From Pelagomonas calceolata (Eukaryota): a stretch of DNA of 64,000 nucleotides. The DNA is taken from contig CAKKNE010000001.1 of assembly GCA_918797485.1 (NCBI GenBank), forward strand, positions 1,178,001 through 1,242,000, read 5' to 3'. Below, in pieces: positions 21,185-32,327 of this stretch; position 1 is the first letter of the stretch; each line of letters opens with the position of its first letter. A program made the position numbers and the translations under genes. The notes below the pieces were generated by a model. The model made no database searches. It saw only the letters and a list, made by a program, of their open reading frames with translations, and was not told the DNA's origin.

Positions 21185-22369
21185 TTAGGCTATAGGGCAT
21201 GTGGGAGACTTCTTCGCAGCGACGGCCGTGGCCATGGTCGTGAGGACGTCGCTCACGGCCGCGACGCGGCCGCCCCCCGGATTTAAGAACACGTCCAAAA
21301 GGCCGCCGATCACGATACCGGGACGACCGTCGCCGCAGTACTCTGCGAGCAGCTTGGCCCTGGCGGCCTCGTTCGTCATGACGGCGATGTAGGCGTAGAC
21401 GACGACCGTGGCGGCGTCGAAAGGACACGGCGCGTCCGACGGCGCCGTCGCGCCCCACAAGATGCGCAGCTTGCGGATGAGGTCGCCGTCCGTGTCGATC
21501 GTCCACGTCTCGGTGCGCTCGTCGAAGTGCTCGCCCAGGAGGCCGAACTCGACGAGGCGCCGGCCGTAGTACGACATCGTGTCGCGCGCGCTGGCCGCCT
21601 CGACGGGCGCCTCTCGCCTCGCGGTGGTCTCCTCGAAATCCATAAAGAGCAGGAAGTAGCCGAGGGCGAACGCGGCGAGAACCGAGACGACGCCGACGAG
21701 CAGCGAGAGCTGGAACTCCGCAGCCACGTTGCAGTGGTCCTCGTCGAAGAACAGCGCGAGTATGACTCGTACTCCTTTTTGGGCCGGGTCGGAGCCGTGT
21801 CGCACCATCGCGCCATGGATGACGGCAGCGCCCTTCGCGGGAAACAGCGTCACATTGTCGAAGTCCTCGAAGCGCGTGCCGCCGCCGCCGAAGAAACCGT
21901 CGCCGATGAGCACCGTCGCGGAGAAGCGGCCGTGGTCTTTATGCTGCGGCAGCCCGGCGCCGAACGCCGAGCCCGGCGCCGACGCGTCATATTTTTTCAC
22001 GAGCGTCGCGACCTCGATGAGCTCGCCCGCGCCGCAGTGCTCCTGGAGCGCCGCGATGACCGCTCGCTGCGCTTTCGCGACGAGCTCCGTCTTCTCTGTC
22101 AGGAACGCCGGCAATTCTTCCGTGCGATGCGCGGGGTTCGGGCGTCGATACCCGCCGGACGCGTCCGCCGCGGCGACGAGCGCGTCGGCCTCATCGGGCG
22201 TCAGCACGTCGTCGACGAGGAGCGGCGCGCAGTTTTCCCGCGCGTCGCCCGCGCCGCGTTGTGGATGACACTTCGCCATGGCCTCGCGGCCGCGGTCATA
22301 CCAGCGTCGCGCGTCCTCGAGTGAAGCTGAAGCAGTAAGGAGGATCACAAGTGTGGCCTTTGCATACAT
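21185..22369 (-). CDS. 2OG-Fe(II) oxygenase (prolyl/lysyl-hydroxylase-like), membrane anchored
   Basis: Signal peptide; LPQHKD (HxD), FFGGGGTRF, VRHG, GVRVILALF; followed by a TM helix. Confidence 0.75.
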   Translation of the reverse strand: MYAKATLVILLTASASLEDARRWYDRGREAMAKCHPQRGAGDARENCAPLLVDDVLTPDEADALVAAADASGGYRRPNPAHRTEELPAFLTEKTELVAKAQRAVIAALQEHCGAGELIEVATLVKKYDASAPGSAFGAGLPQHKDHGRFSATVLIGDGFFGGGGTRFEDFDNVTLFPAKGAAVIHGAMVRHGSDPAQKGVRVILALFFDEDHCNVAAEFQLSLLVGVVSVLAAFALGYFLLFMDFEETTARREAPVEAASARDTMSYYGRRLVEFGLLGEHFDERTETWTIDTDGDLIRKLRILWGATAPSDAPCPFDAATVVVYAYIAVMTNEAARAKLLAEYCGDGRPGIVIGGLLDVFLNPGGGRVAAVSDVLTTMATAVAAKKSPTCPIA

Positions 22370-22622
22370 GATTTATCGGTGCTCGGGGCGCCAGGATTCA
22401 CGCGTATCGAGGCGCGCTCGATACGATAAGCTACGGCGTAGAGTGACGGGCTCTACACGCCCAACGCGCGTCAGGTTCGCGCATGCCAAAATCGACTGGA
22501 AAAACCCGTCACTGAGAGATTAGTAACAATATTAGCTATGTACAGCAAGCAGTTTGTGGGGGGAAGGCCAAAAGCGACTGGCCCGTCGACGGGATAACAA
22601 TGAAACAAGTGGCAGAGCGTCG

Positions 22623-23831
22623 TCAGAAGCTCTGGAGGCCGCGCCGCTGCGCGTTTTCCGCGTCCAACTGTGCATCGAGCACAACGCCATACACGGGGCC
22701 CTCGCAGACGGGGCACACGTCTTTCGTGACGCGCCAGCGCGAGAGGCAGTCCGCGCAGGCGACGTGGGCACACCCCGCCACGCGCGCCGCCGTCTCCACC
22801 GCCCCAAAGCAGATAGGGCACTGGTGGACACCTGTGTGGAAATCAAATTTCGGGCGCCCCACGCCGTCGACGCGACGTGATCCCGTGACGGCCATCGGCT
22901 CGAGAACCTAACTCACTTGTTGATTTCCACACGGGTGCACACCGGAGGCTCCTTGACCCGCCAAGGAACGAGCGAGTTTTCTCGCGAGGACCTTGTCGGA
23001 AAAGCTCGACGGACCGCTCTCGAAAGAGGACGGCCGCGAGTCGGGCGGCGTGGTATCGGTGGGAGGAAGCGGCGGCGGCTTCCAGCCCGCCGGCGTGGCG
23101 TCCGACGCGGGGACCAAAGGTGGAGGCGGGATGTCCTCGTTCTGCGTCGCGAGGCGCGCTCTATCTAATAAAGAGCACAAGACCGTCTGCGCGAGCGTCG
23201 CCGCGGCGCCGTTTGCTGCGGGAGCCCTCACGAGCCGTTCCCCAAAGTAGATGACGATGACGGCCGAGGGAGCTCTAGGCCCGCCCGGCGTCTTCGCGGG
23301 CGGCACCACGGGTAGAGCGATGGCCGTGCGCACTCCAGCATTGAGCGCCGCCTCCTGCCTCGCGTACGTCGACGACGCGCCGACCGCCGGGACGTCCACA
23401 ACTTCGGCGACGCCTAACAACCACACTCGACCAACTAAACCAATACCAGGACTGAAAGTGACGTGCGAGGCCACCCTTAACATCTTGGCGGTCGGGTCCT
23501 CGAGACACCTCATACAAGTATGGCCTCTCGGCGCGCGCATCGGCGAGTAGCAGCCGCGCTGCGCGCCGGCGCCGAACACGAGCGAGATCTGCTCGACGTC
23601 GTCATCGGTCACCGGTGTCGGTTCCGGGTTCGAGGGCGGCGGCCCCCAGCCGGCGGGGATGCGCGCCTGGCGCCCTTGCGCGCGCCAGATCTCGCAGACG
23701 CTCCAGGGCGCCGTCGTGTTTTGCGTCGCGCTGCAGAGCTCCGACGCGAGCCATTCCACATACGCCGTGTCGTCGCGCGGCACGACCAATGCGGTGGAGG
23801 GCACCCCCGTCGCGTCGCCGCCGCCGCCCAT
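22623..23831 (-). CDS. GAF-like domain + C3HC4 RING-finger protein; exons 23831-22943, 22831-22623
   Basis: FSPGIGLVGRVW...YARQEAALNAGVRTAIALPV (GAF-like), spliced GAS-G|VHQ to CPICF..CAHVACADC..W..CPVC (RING). Confidence 0.8.
22832..22942 (-). mobile_element. Introner intron (111 nt) with TIRs and 7/8 TSD
   Basis: Plus strand reads GTGGACAC-CTGTGTGGAAATCAA...TTGATTTCCACACGG-GTGCACAC. Confidence 0.93.
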
Positions 23832-24411
23832 GGCCGCGGCCTGGGGCTTCGGCGTCACGACGCCGTCCGCCGTGGTGCTTGCTGCCCGTCTCCGCGGTCT
23901 CGGCGGCCGGGTTTAGCGAGCGAGAGGCGAGCTCGGTTTTAATGAATCGCCGCGCGCGGGATCCCGTCCTCCGGGCCGGCGCGGCGGGTTTCTGCCGATT
24001 TTACTGCTGCGGCCGTTTGCAGACGGGTCCTCGCAGTGCTTCGCAGTGCTTCGGCCACGCGCGCGCGCCTTGTTCAGGCGCTTTTCAGGCGGACGAACAC
24101 TGAAACTGAGGGCTGACTTTTGTTTCCTGCAGCACCAGGAAGCCTAAGGGAGCCGCAGCGCGTCCAGCCGTTCCTGAGGCTATTCGACGACTACAGCAGC
24201 GGCCCGACGCCGCGAAGCCCAGCGGCTCGTCGCGCTCCCGGAGAGGGTCAATGTAGACGCCAGAGCGCCGTGGCGCCCAGTCGCGAAGAGTTGGACAGCC
24301 ACGTCTCGACGAGGCGTGCAAGACGGGAGGCCTCGTCCCCCCACCCTACGTACGCTTAAGCTACAAAATTTACCCAACAAACGAGAGACGCGCGCGACCA
24401 GACAAAAAACC

Positions 24412-24960
24412 TCACGCCTTCCGCAGCCCCCGAGGACAAACAAGGAACACCCCCTCCGACGGCGCCTCGCGCTTCAATGCCGCGGCGCGCAACCTGTCAT
24501 ACGCCGCGTCGAGCGCCGCGCGGACCTCGTCCTTACGCGAAGAGGACGCGTCCCTGAGCGGAAACGCGTACTCCACGAGCGTCTGGGGCGGCTCGCGCCC
24601 GAACCGCTCCTTGTACGCATTCAAAAATTGCATGGAGACCTCGTCGGCCGAATCCCGATAATATTGGTCAAAGTCCCGCGACTTTTCCTCGTAGAGTCTC
24701 CGGCCAGGGTCGCGGTCTGCAAACAGCCTCTTCACGATCCAGGCGTACTCCTCGTCCAGTTGTGCGGACGTGAGGTACGATAACTGATCAGTGGGCGCCC
24801 GGAGCGACGCTCTTCTATCCAGGTCCGCAACTAAGTTCTCCATCTGGCCCACGAGTTTCGTTTGCTGCATTTCCTCGGGCGTGACGCCGCGCAGCCCGTC
24901 TGCCGCTCTGTAGGACTCGGGGTAGTCCTCGGCGAACCGCTCATTGACCTGGTTCGCCAT
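24412..24960 (-). CDS. Hypothetical protein
   Basis: 182-aa ATG ORF with coding-like composition. Confidence 0.6.
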   Translation of the reverse strand: MANQVNERFAEDYPESYRAADGLRGVTPEEMQQTKLVGQMENLVADLDRRASLRAPTDQLSYLTSAQLDEEYAWIVKRLFADRDPGRRLYEEKSRDFDQYYRDSADEVSMQFLNAYKERFGREPPQTLVEYAFPLRDASSSRKDEVRAALDAAYDRLRAAALKREAPSEGVFLVCPRGLRKA

Positions 24961-25220
24961 GGTTGCGTGCTGGGCGCGGCGCCGGCGTTGTTACGGTAGT
25001 GTAGATGACCTCTCGGGGTCGCGCCGATGGCGTGCGGCGCTTCTACAACCGCTAGGAGCTTCGCACTTGCAAGGCCACCACTGCTTTTTGTGCGGAATCG
25101 ACGCACCGCCGCGCAGCGATCGTGAGGCACAATATTTTGGTCACAGTTATGCTATCCGAGCACTGTTCTGCCGTCCGATGGCCCACAAGAGTCGTGTGTG
25201 CCGCAAGCGTAAAGCCGAGT

Positions 25221-25243
25221 GCTAGCGTCCTGTAAGACACTAG
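25221..25243 (-). promoter_or_regulatory. CTAG-box (CTAGTGTCTTACAGGACGCTAGC) in divergent spacer
   Basis: Lies between 24960(-) and 25474(+). Confidence 0.6.
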
Positions 25244-25473
25244 CAACAGCGCTCGTCTCGGCGCGGCCGCGGAGAGCTGGGCCATCAGCGGCCGCTGGGC
25301 GCCACCGACCTGCCAGAGGTCGTACTCTCTCGCACCAAGGCGTCCGGAGCGGCGTGGTCCCACAAAACAGCAGGGCCAGCCCCCATCACACTGGGCCAGA
25401 CAGCCAGAGAGGGGCAGCCGGTACGGCAGCCAGGGGCGGCCCAAAAGATACCTGACAGGACAGCCAAAACAAA

Positions 25474-28400
25474 ATGACGGAGCGCCAGCACCTCGGCCGC
25501 GGCCTCGAGGTGTCAAGAAGGACGACGGCCGACTCCGAGGACCTGGATCTGCTCGCGGATTTCAACGTCGAGCGCATCCAGCAGTTCCTCAACAAGCCCT
25601 TCGAGCGCGTGGGCGAAGCGCTGGAAAAGGTCGAGGAAAGACTAAAGGCACAGAACATCACGCTCGTGGACGACTTGAAGCGCGAGAACGACCGGTCACC
25701 GAGACCACGTCGAGAACAAGTGAAAAGGGACCCGACGCTGTCCTCGACACGAAAAATGGGGCCCCGCGCCCGCTTCGGCGACGGCGACGGCGGGTTCTGG
25801 GATAGGTGGCTCACGGACGCGGGCTGCGCTTCGGGTTCAGGTGACTACGCGATGCCTACGAACGATGTTGCTGCTGGTTATGTGGCGCCTAAATCGGGCT
25901 TCAAGGCTCCTTTAGGTGAAGAGGTGCCGTCGCCGCCGCCGCGCCGGGTTTCTTCTCCTCCAAAACCAGAGCAGGTTGCTGTGGATGTTGATGGAAGGTT
26001 TTACAAAGCCTACGGTATTGATGAAGAGGACCTGAAACCGTCCGAGCGGCGCATGTTGCGGGCCCTCGACGCGTCTTCCTCATCTAAAGTGTCCGTGGCT
26101 GCCCAGCATTTGATGGACGACGAGGCCACTGCCTTAGGTAGGGCGCTGACACGCGCCGACGTTGAGCTGACTTCATTGGATGTGTCGCGCAACGCCCTCG
26201 GGAAGGGTTTGAATGCTGTCCTGCGCGGCGCCGCCTCTTTCTCAAAGCTCGAGACCTTCGACGCGTCGGGCGTCAGCCCCTTCGCTATGGACGCCTTGGC
26301 CTCGGCATTGACGGGTGGCTTTGACGGACTGCGGGTCCTGCGCCTCGCGCGGTGCCAGCTGCGCGACGGTTCAATGGTAGAACTGTGCCGCGCGCTGCGG
26401 TCGCGGGACGCGCCGCCCCTCGAGGTGCTGGATTTGAGCAACAACGCCCTCGGCGACGGCGACCCGCAAGGTCAGGACGACGCGGCCTGGTACCGGGCCC
26501 CCTTCTTCGGGCCGCTCGGGGCGCTCGTCGGCGACGCGTCTACGCTGGACGACGCCGACAAAGAAAAGGACCTCGTCGAGGGCGAGCGGCGGGACGGGCC
26601 GCTGTCGCTGACCTCGCTCGACGCGTCCGGCAACCGGCTGCGGCCCGAGAACGTGCGGGGCATCGCGCACGGCCTGAGCGTGTCGCGGCTGCGCCACCTC
26701 TCCCTGAATGACAACCCGGACGTTGGTAACCAGGGTGGCATCGCTCTTGGCGCAGCGATCCGCACGGTTCGGGCCGGCGTCCTTTCATTCAACGTGCGCG
26801 CGTCGCGACGACGTGGTCTCCTCGACGACGTTGTTGCCGCGATGGCGTCGAGGTGGACCGCCATATAAACGCGAGAAACACGCAGGCGGCGCTGCTCGAG
26901 GAGCTGTCCCTCGCGCGAACTGGACTAAATGCGACGGGCGCTGTGGTCGTGGCCGTCGGCGCGCGACGTTCAAGGTATGTTCACCGCCTGGACGTCTCGG
27001 GGAATGCCGTAGGTGCTGCCGGTGTTATCCTCACGTCGCTCGCGCTAGACGAAGAACGAAATTGTTCAGTGGTGATGCGGGACTGCGACTTCGTCGCGGC
27101 GTCGGAGGAGGTGGTCGTAGACTGGCTCCACCAGATCACCGTGTCGCGCAAGTCGCGGCCGCCTTTGCGGTACGAGTTCCATGTCGAGGACCCGCTCGAC
27201 GCGGCGCTGGCGTCCGAGACGCTGCGGCTGTGCGCGCGGGACGACTTCGCCGTCGCGGGCGCCGTGGCCCGCGTCGCCGCGCCAGTGAGGAGGCCCGTCG
27301 AGGCGCCGCGGACGGACGCCCGGGCGCGGCGGCCAGCGATGATCGCTCCGAAAACCTTCGACGCGTTCCGCCTGCGGCGCCCGCAAGAGAATACCAAAGA
27401 CGTGCTCGACGCGCGAACCGTGAAGAAGGTCCGGGCGGAGCTCGAGCCGAAATTAGCGCGGCGCGGCAAGGCCGTCGCCCGAGAGACGCTCGACCTCACG
27501 AAGATGGAGAAGCTCCTCAAGTCCGTGGACAGTAATGCCACGTCAAAGGACGCGGAGCGCGCGCTCCGATTCCTGGACTTTGACGAAAGGGGGACGGTCG
27601 ACGCGTTCGCGGCGTATCGCTACGCGCTCGAAGACACGCCCCAGCTTTTGCGGCAGCGCGCGGCGGGCGCCGCGCCTCCGCGACCTCTGCGCAAGGAGGA
27701 TGACGCCTTCGACGTGCCGGTGACGGGCGTCCTGCAGCTGCGGTGTTTCCTGGAGCGCACAGTGCGCGGTTCTCGGAGTGCGAACGTCCTCAAGCTTGCT
27801 CAGGACCTGGACGATTGCGTCGCGGCGGCACACCTCGCTTGTAAGGCGCGCGTCAAGCTGGACGTCGACGACGCCCTGGCGCTGGCTCTGTCGCTCGCGC
27901 AGCGCGACGACTGCACGGACATTTCGGCCGTGGCCCTCGTGGTGCCGCTGACCGTGGACCCGAGGGACGCGCGCTGCGTCCGCGACGCTTTGTTGGGGCG
28001 GCTGTTTTCGTACAAAGCCGACGCGGAGGAGCGTCTCTCGATCGTGGAGCGGTACCGCGCCTTGCGGGCCAAGCTCGGGCCCGGCCACCGCGCCTTCCTC
28101 GGGCCCCGCGACGGCCGCTACGCCCTCGATTTGTCGCGGCCCGGCGACCGCACGGCGCTGCGCGAGCTGTTCGCGGTCGATGCGTTCCGCAACTGCCGCG
28201 TCGACGGCTCCTACCAGCCCCTCGGCATCACAATCGGCGGGGAGCCGAAGCGCGACGCGCAGCTCGCGGCGCTGTTCGCATCCGAGGGAGCGCCCTCGCT
28301 CGGTTCGCGAACGGACGGCCACGTGGTCGTCGACGTCGCGTCGCCCGCCCCGCCCCAACCGGAGACGACGCCCGCGCTGGATTCGACTGTCTTTGTGGAC

Positions 28401-29450
28401 GCCTGCGAGGCGTTCGGTTGGTGCCGATCCGACGAGCAGCGGCGCGCCTGGGCGACGCTCGTGGAAGGGCCCCGACCGGCGGACAAGCCGACTAAACGTT
28501 TATTCGGCGGCAATCGTTGCGCCGCGGCGGCGTTCGTCGAGCTCTTCCGGCTCCGGTCGCTCGTCAAAGCAGGTCTTCCCGACGTTCGGCGACGGCGACA
28601 GCCCGAGACGCTCACGGTGGCCGGGTCGTGCGAGTCTCTCGGCAGAGCGCGGCGCCGCAGCTCCGATGCTTCCCAGCGACGAGTAGCACCCGACGTGGCC
28701 CTCGAGGACGCGCTGGATCTAGTCGGCGCGGCTCCGTCCGTGACGGTGAACCAGGCCCGAGCGTTATTACGATGGTGCCCCTTGGCCGACGACGGGCTGC
28801 CCGCGCAAGTTCCAAATGACGACGACGACGCCTGGGCCACGGAGGAGGACGCGTGCTCGGGCCGGAGGGCTCGCCTTACCTGTGCGCTGCTGGCGAAGCT
28901 CAGAGGGCCGATTGACTTAGCAGCGCTGTTCGAAATTTTGACACCACCCGAGCGGGCGCGCGTCGTGAACCAGGCGGGCTGGGCGAATGTCTGGTCCCCG
29001 CTTCGGCCGGACGGGTGCTACGTGCTGAACCTGGCGCTACCAGAAGATCGGCAGATAGCACGCTCTTTGACGCATATCGAAGCGAGCGAGACCTACTCGC
29101 AATTGCTAGATCTGCGGCTGCTCGACGTGCCTTCCATTGATAACTGGGCGACGCCCGCCGCAGAAAAGGTTGTAGCCGACAATCCGTGGCGGCGCGAGCT
29201 GCCCGCGAAAGGCACCTGGGGCATCACATTCCGGTCGAAATCCGATGATCCTCGCGACAGCGACTTAGCGCTCCGGGCAGCGTTAGCTGTGTTGACGACG
29301 GCGGCGCCGCCCGAGGCGTTCGCCCTGGTGCCGGATGCGCCCTTCGGAAAATCGACGCCTGCGATTGTCGCGCGCAAGTCGCGGAGCCAGCTGAAGGGGG
29401 CTTGCCGGTTGGAGGATGCGGTGTACGACTGGGAGCGGCCTATTGTTTGA
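25474..29450 (+). CDS. Large RI-like leucine-rich-repeat protein; exons 25474-26766, 26886-29450
   Basis: LTSLDVSRNAL, LEVLDLSNNALG, LRHLSLNDN, LEELSLARTGL; repeated DGRYALDLS/DGCYVLNLA motifs. Confidence 0.8.
26767..26885 (+). mobile_element. Decayed introner-like intron (119 nt)
   Basis: GTTCGG...ACACGCAG joins the frames; contains the reverse-complement core GCGATGGCGTCGA. Confidence 0.7.
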
Positions 29451-29543
29451 GCCCCGCCGCCGTCGCGACCCCCTGTAGCACGCGCCCCACCGCCGCCACC
29501 GCCGCCACCGGATATGTTAGTAAGAATGTAACAAAACACAAAC

Positions 29544-31922
29544 TTAGAACGCCCCGACCGCATCCCCCCGCCCCGGCCCGTACATCTCGCCAAGCTGGGG
29601 CAGCATCTCCGAGCCCTTGCACGGCGACGTCGTCACGTAGCCCGTCGCGGCCACCGGGTTGTTGGTCAGCTTCTTCTTGCGGCGAGGTCTGCGGCGCGGC
29701 CCGCCGCGCCGCGCCAGCGCGTGCGAGAGCGATAAGGGCGTCGTGGAGGGAGGGGCTTCCGGCGGTGTCTCCCTGCCGTTCCCAGCCTTCAGGCACTTGA
29801 TCGACTTGTCGAAGAGGTCGTGCCACTTCTTCTCGCCGTCGTCGTAGGCGACACAATGTAATCCACGTTTCGGATCGTACGAGACGACGTCCCCAGCATA
29901 AGCCCGGTTGAACCGGAAGCTAAACACTTCGACGCGACCGCCGACGTCTCTCATGTCACCATACAATATCGCCGTAGGTTCCTCCGGCGGCGGCGACTGG
30001 ACGATTGGTGCCGGGGCTGGTTTCCGCCGCCGGCGGCGCCGCTGGGGCCGGGGCGGCGTTTTTTGTGGAGGCGGCGGCTCGTCGACCGCCTCCATCTCGG
30101 CCAGCTGCCTCTCCAATTCCTCGCGCTCCCGCCGGATCCGCTCGAACTCGGCCTCGTCCTGCGACAGCTCCTCCTCGACCTGGGCTTGGCGTTCCGCCAG
30201 CATCTTAGAAGCTGCCTTCTCTTCAAGCTTGGCAGCCTCCGCTGCTAAGCTATCGGAGGAGGCCCGCGCGGCCGACGTCGGCCGCGGGCCCACGACGGTA
30301 TCCAGCTTCTCGAGCCGCTGCTGGAACTGTGTTATACTAACGTCGTCGGGCTGCGACGACGGCCGCGGCGGCCGCCCCCGCTGCTTCTTCTTCTTCCGCG
30401 GCGACGTCCGCGAGACCATATCTGCTGAGGGGACCGCCTTGACGCTGGCCGCCATCTGAGGATCCAAGAGCTTCCTCAACTGTTCATTTTCCGCGCGAAG
30501 CGCCGCGACCTCGGCCTGGAGGCTCTTCGTCACGTCGACGAGCTGCATCTGCTTCACGAAGGACGGCGGCTTGACCGGCGATGCGCTCCTCAAAGCCTCC
30601 TTGAGGCGCCGGATCTCGTCCTTGGCCTTTTTGAGGGCCGTCGCGAGCGTCGCGTCGGACGCCGACGGCACGACGTCGCGATTCGCGTAGACGCGCGCGA
30701 GGACGCGCTGCGCGCGGTCCGCAAATTTCAAAGTAGACACGGACTCGTCCGCGTAGATCGATTCGGGGGCGCAGCACGCCACCTGTGTGGAAATCAAAAT
30801 TTTACGGCGCGTTCATCCTGAATCGCCGCGTCGACCTCCACGCCATCGACGCGACGCCTGCTCGATGGCTTGGCGATGCCGATTCCTCGCCGCTCGACAG
30901 AGCCAGCGCGGCCACGCCATCGCTGAGAAGCACCCGACGCACTGGTTGATTTCCACACAGCACGCCACAATTGCCGTCCGCGTATTCCCCCCCAATGAAT
31001 CCTGCAACAACCGCGTCAGCGTGCTGTCTCTATAAGGGACGTGCGGCCGTTTCGTCGGCCCGTCGCTGAGGGCCGACACCACGTTCCCCAGAGCGCTTAA
31101 CGAACGGTTGATGTCCACGTGTTCTTTGAAGCGCTGCGTCTCCGAGGGGTTGTACATTTTGGACGGGCTGCCCTCCGCGTCGTCCTCGAGGGCCGAGGCC
31201 CGTTCGCTTCCAGCTAAATCAACCAAATATAATCGAGACTTGACGACCTCTACATCATCCGTTTTCTCGATGTCGACCCTCAACACGGCGTGCGATCTAC
31301 TAGAAGCGTCGTTTCTTTTGGTCGAGCGCTCTCGTCTCCCTTTCAAGCCCCGATTCACAACTTTTAAAGCTGCCTCGGCGTCGTCCACCACGATGGAGGA
31401 CAACCCAGACACGTAGAGCTCATCGGTAACACGGGAGGCCAGCCGCACCCTCAGCGGTATTTCTGATGAAGGCGATAGGAGGTCCTCGAGCTTCTCGCCC
31501 AGGATTTGCAACAAACTGACGGAGACTTTGGCCGCTCTAGGTGCTGGAGTTTGGGCAACAGGTGTGGGCGGCTCGTCGCTCCCGAGCTTGTCAAATAGAG
31601 CGTTCAAAGCCTTCGGAATGATACCGTCGTTATCGCCGAGCATCGTATGTGTTTTGCCGGCCCCGGTCTGCCCATAAGCCATGACGCACGCGTTAATACC
31701 TTCGGTTGTTTGTAATACGACGTCCTCGACCTTGCGGTAGACGTCATTCTGCGTCGCTGCGGGCCCCAATATATCAGCAAACGCACCCGTGAAGCGCTTC
31801 CCATCACCACAATCCACCTCGAGCTGGTCCCCGCATGTGACAGCCTCCGTCTTTGTTTTATCTTGTGCCGGGCGCACCCTTACTACAACCCTGATGTTGG
31901 ACAGCTCGGCGGGCTCGTCCAT
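29544..31922 (-). CDS. Kinesin motor protein with coiled coil and C-terminal Tudor-like domain; exons 31922-30969, 30782-29544
   Basis: IRVVVRVRP, GQTGAGKT, SSRSH, LVDLAGSE, HVPYRDSTLTRLLQDSLGGN; spliced TAI|VACCAP; tail HCVAYDDGEKKWHDL. Confidence 0.92.
30783..30960. mobile_element. Intact introner element (178 bp) with 15-bp TIRs and perfect 8-bp TSD; intron = 30783-30968
   Basis: CACGCCAC(30775-82) CTGTGTGGAAATCAA...TTGATTTCCACACAG CACGCCAC(30961-68). On the minus strand the GT donor comes from the TSD and the AG acceptor from the TIR. Confidence 0.97.
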
Positions 31923-32327
31923 CGTGCGAGCGTTCTGCACCGGTCCGCTGCTCGCTGCGCGTGCGCTGCGTGGCGCCGCTTCTCGTTGGGCAGCCTATGG
32001 GCAGCCTCGTCGAGCAACCGCTTCTCGGCCAAGCTCCATGTTTTTTTTCCGAAAAACGGCTCCGACGCCAGGAGCACGTATCCGCCGGCCCGTCGTACCG
32101 CTGCTACTTGGAAAACGAAGTGCCAAATCGCGCTAAAAAACAAAGGGCGGGCTGCTTAACCGCGGCAAAGACAAAGCGTGCCAAGCGCACCCAGCCGAGC
32201 GCCGGGCTGCCCCAGGAGCAGCTTGCGGGCCCTCTTGGACGCCGTCGACGAGCGCGAGCGTGCGGAACGCATCGACCGCGCCGCACCGGCTAGCACCAAC
32301 AGCTGCCCCCCAACTCGCCGCGCCAAG

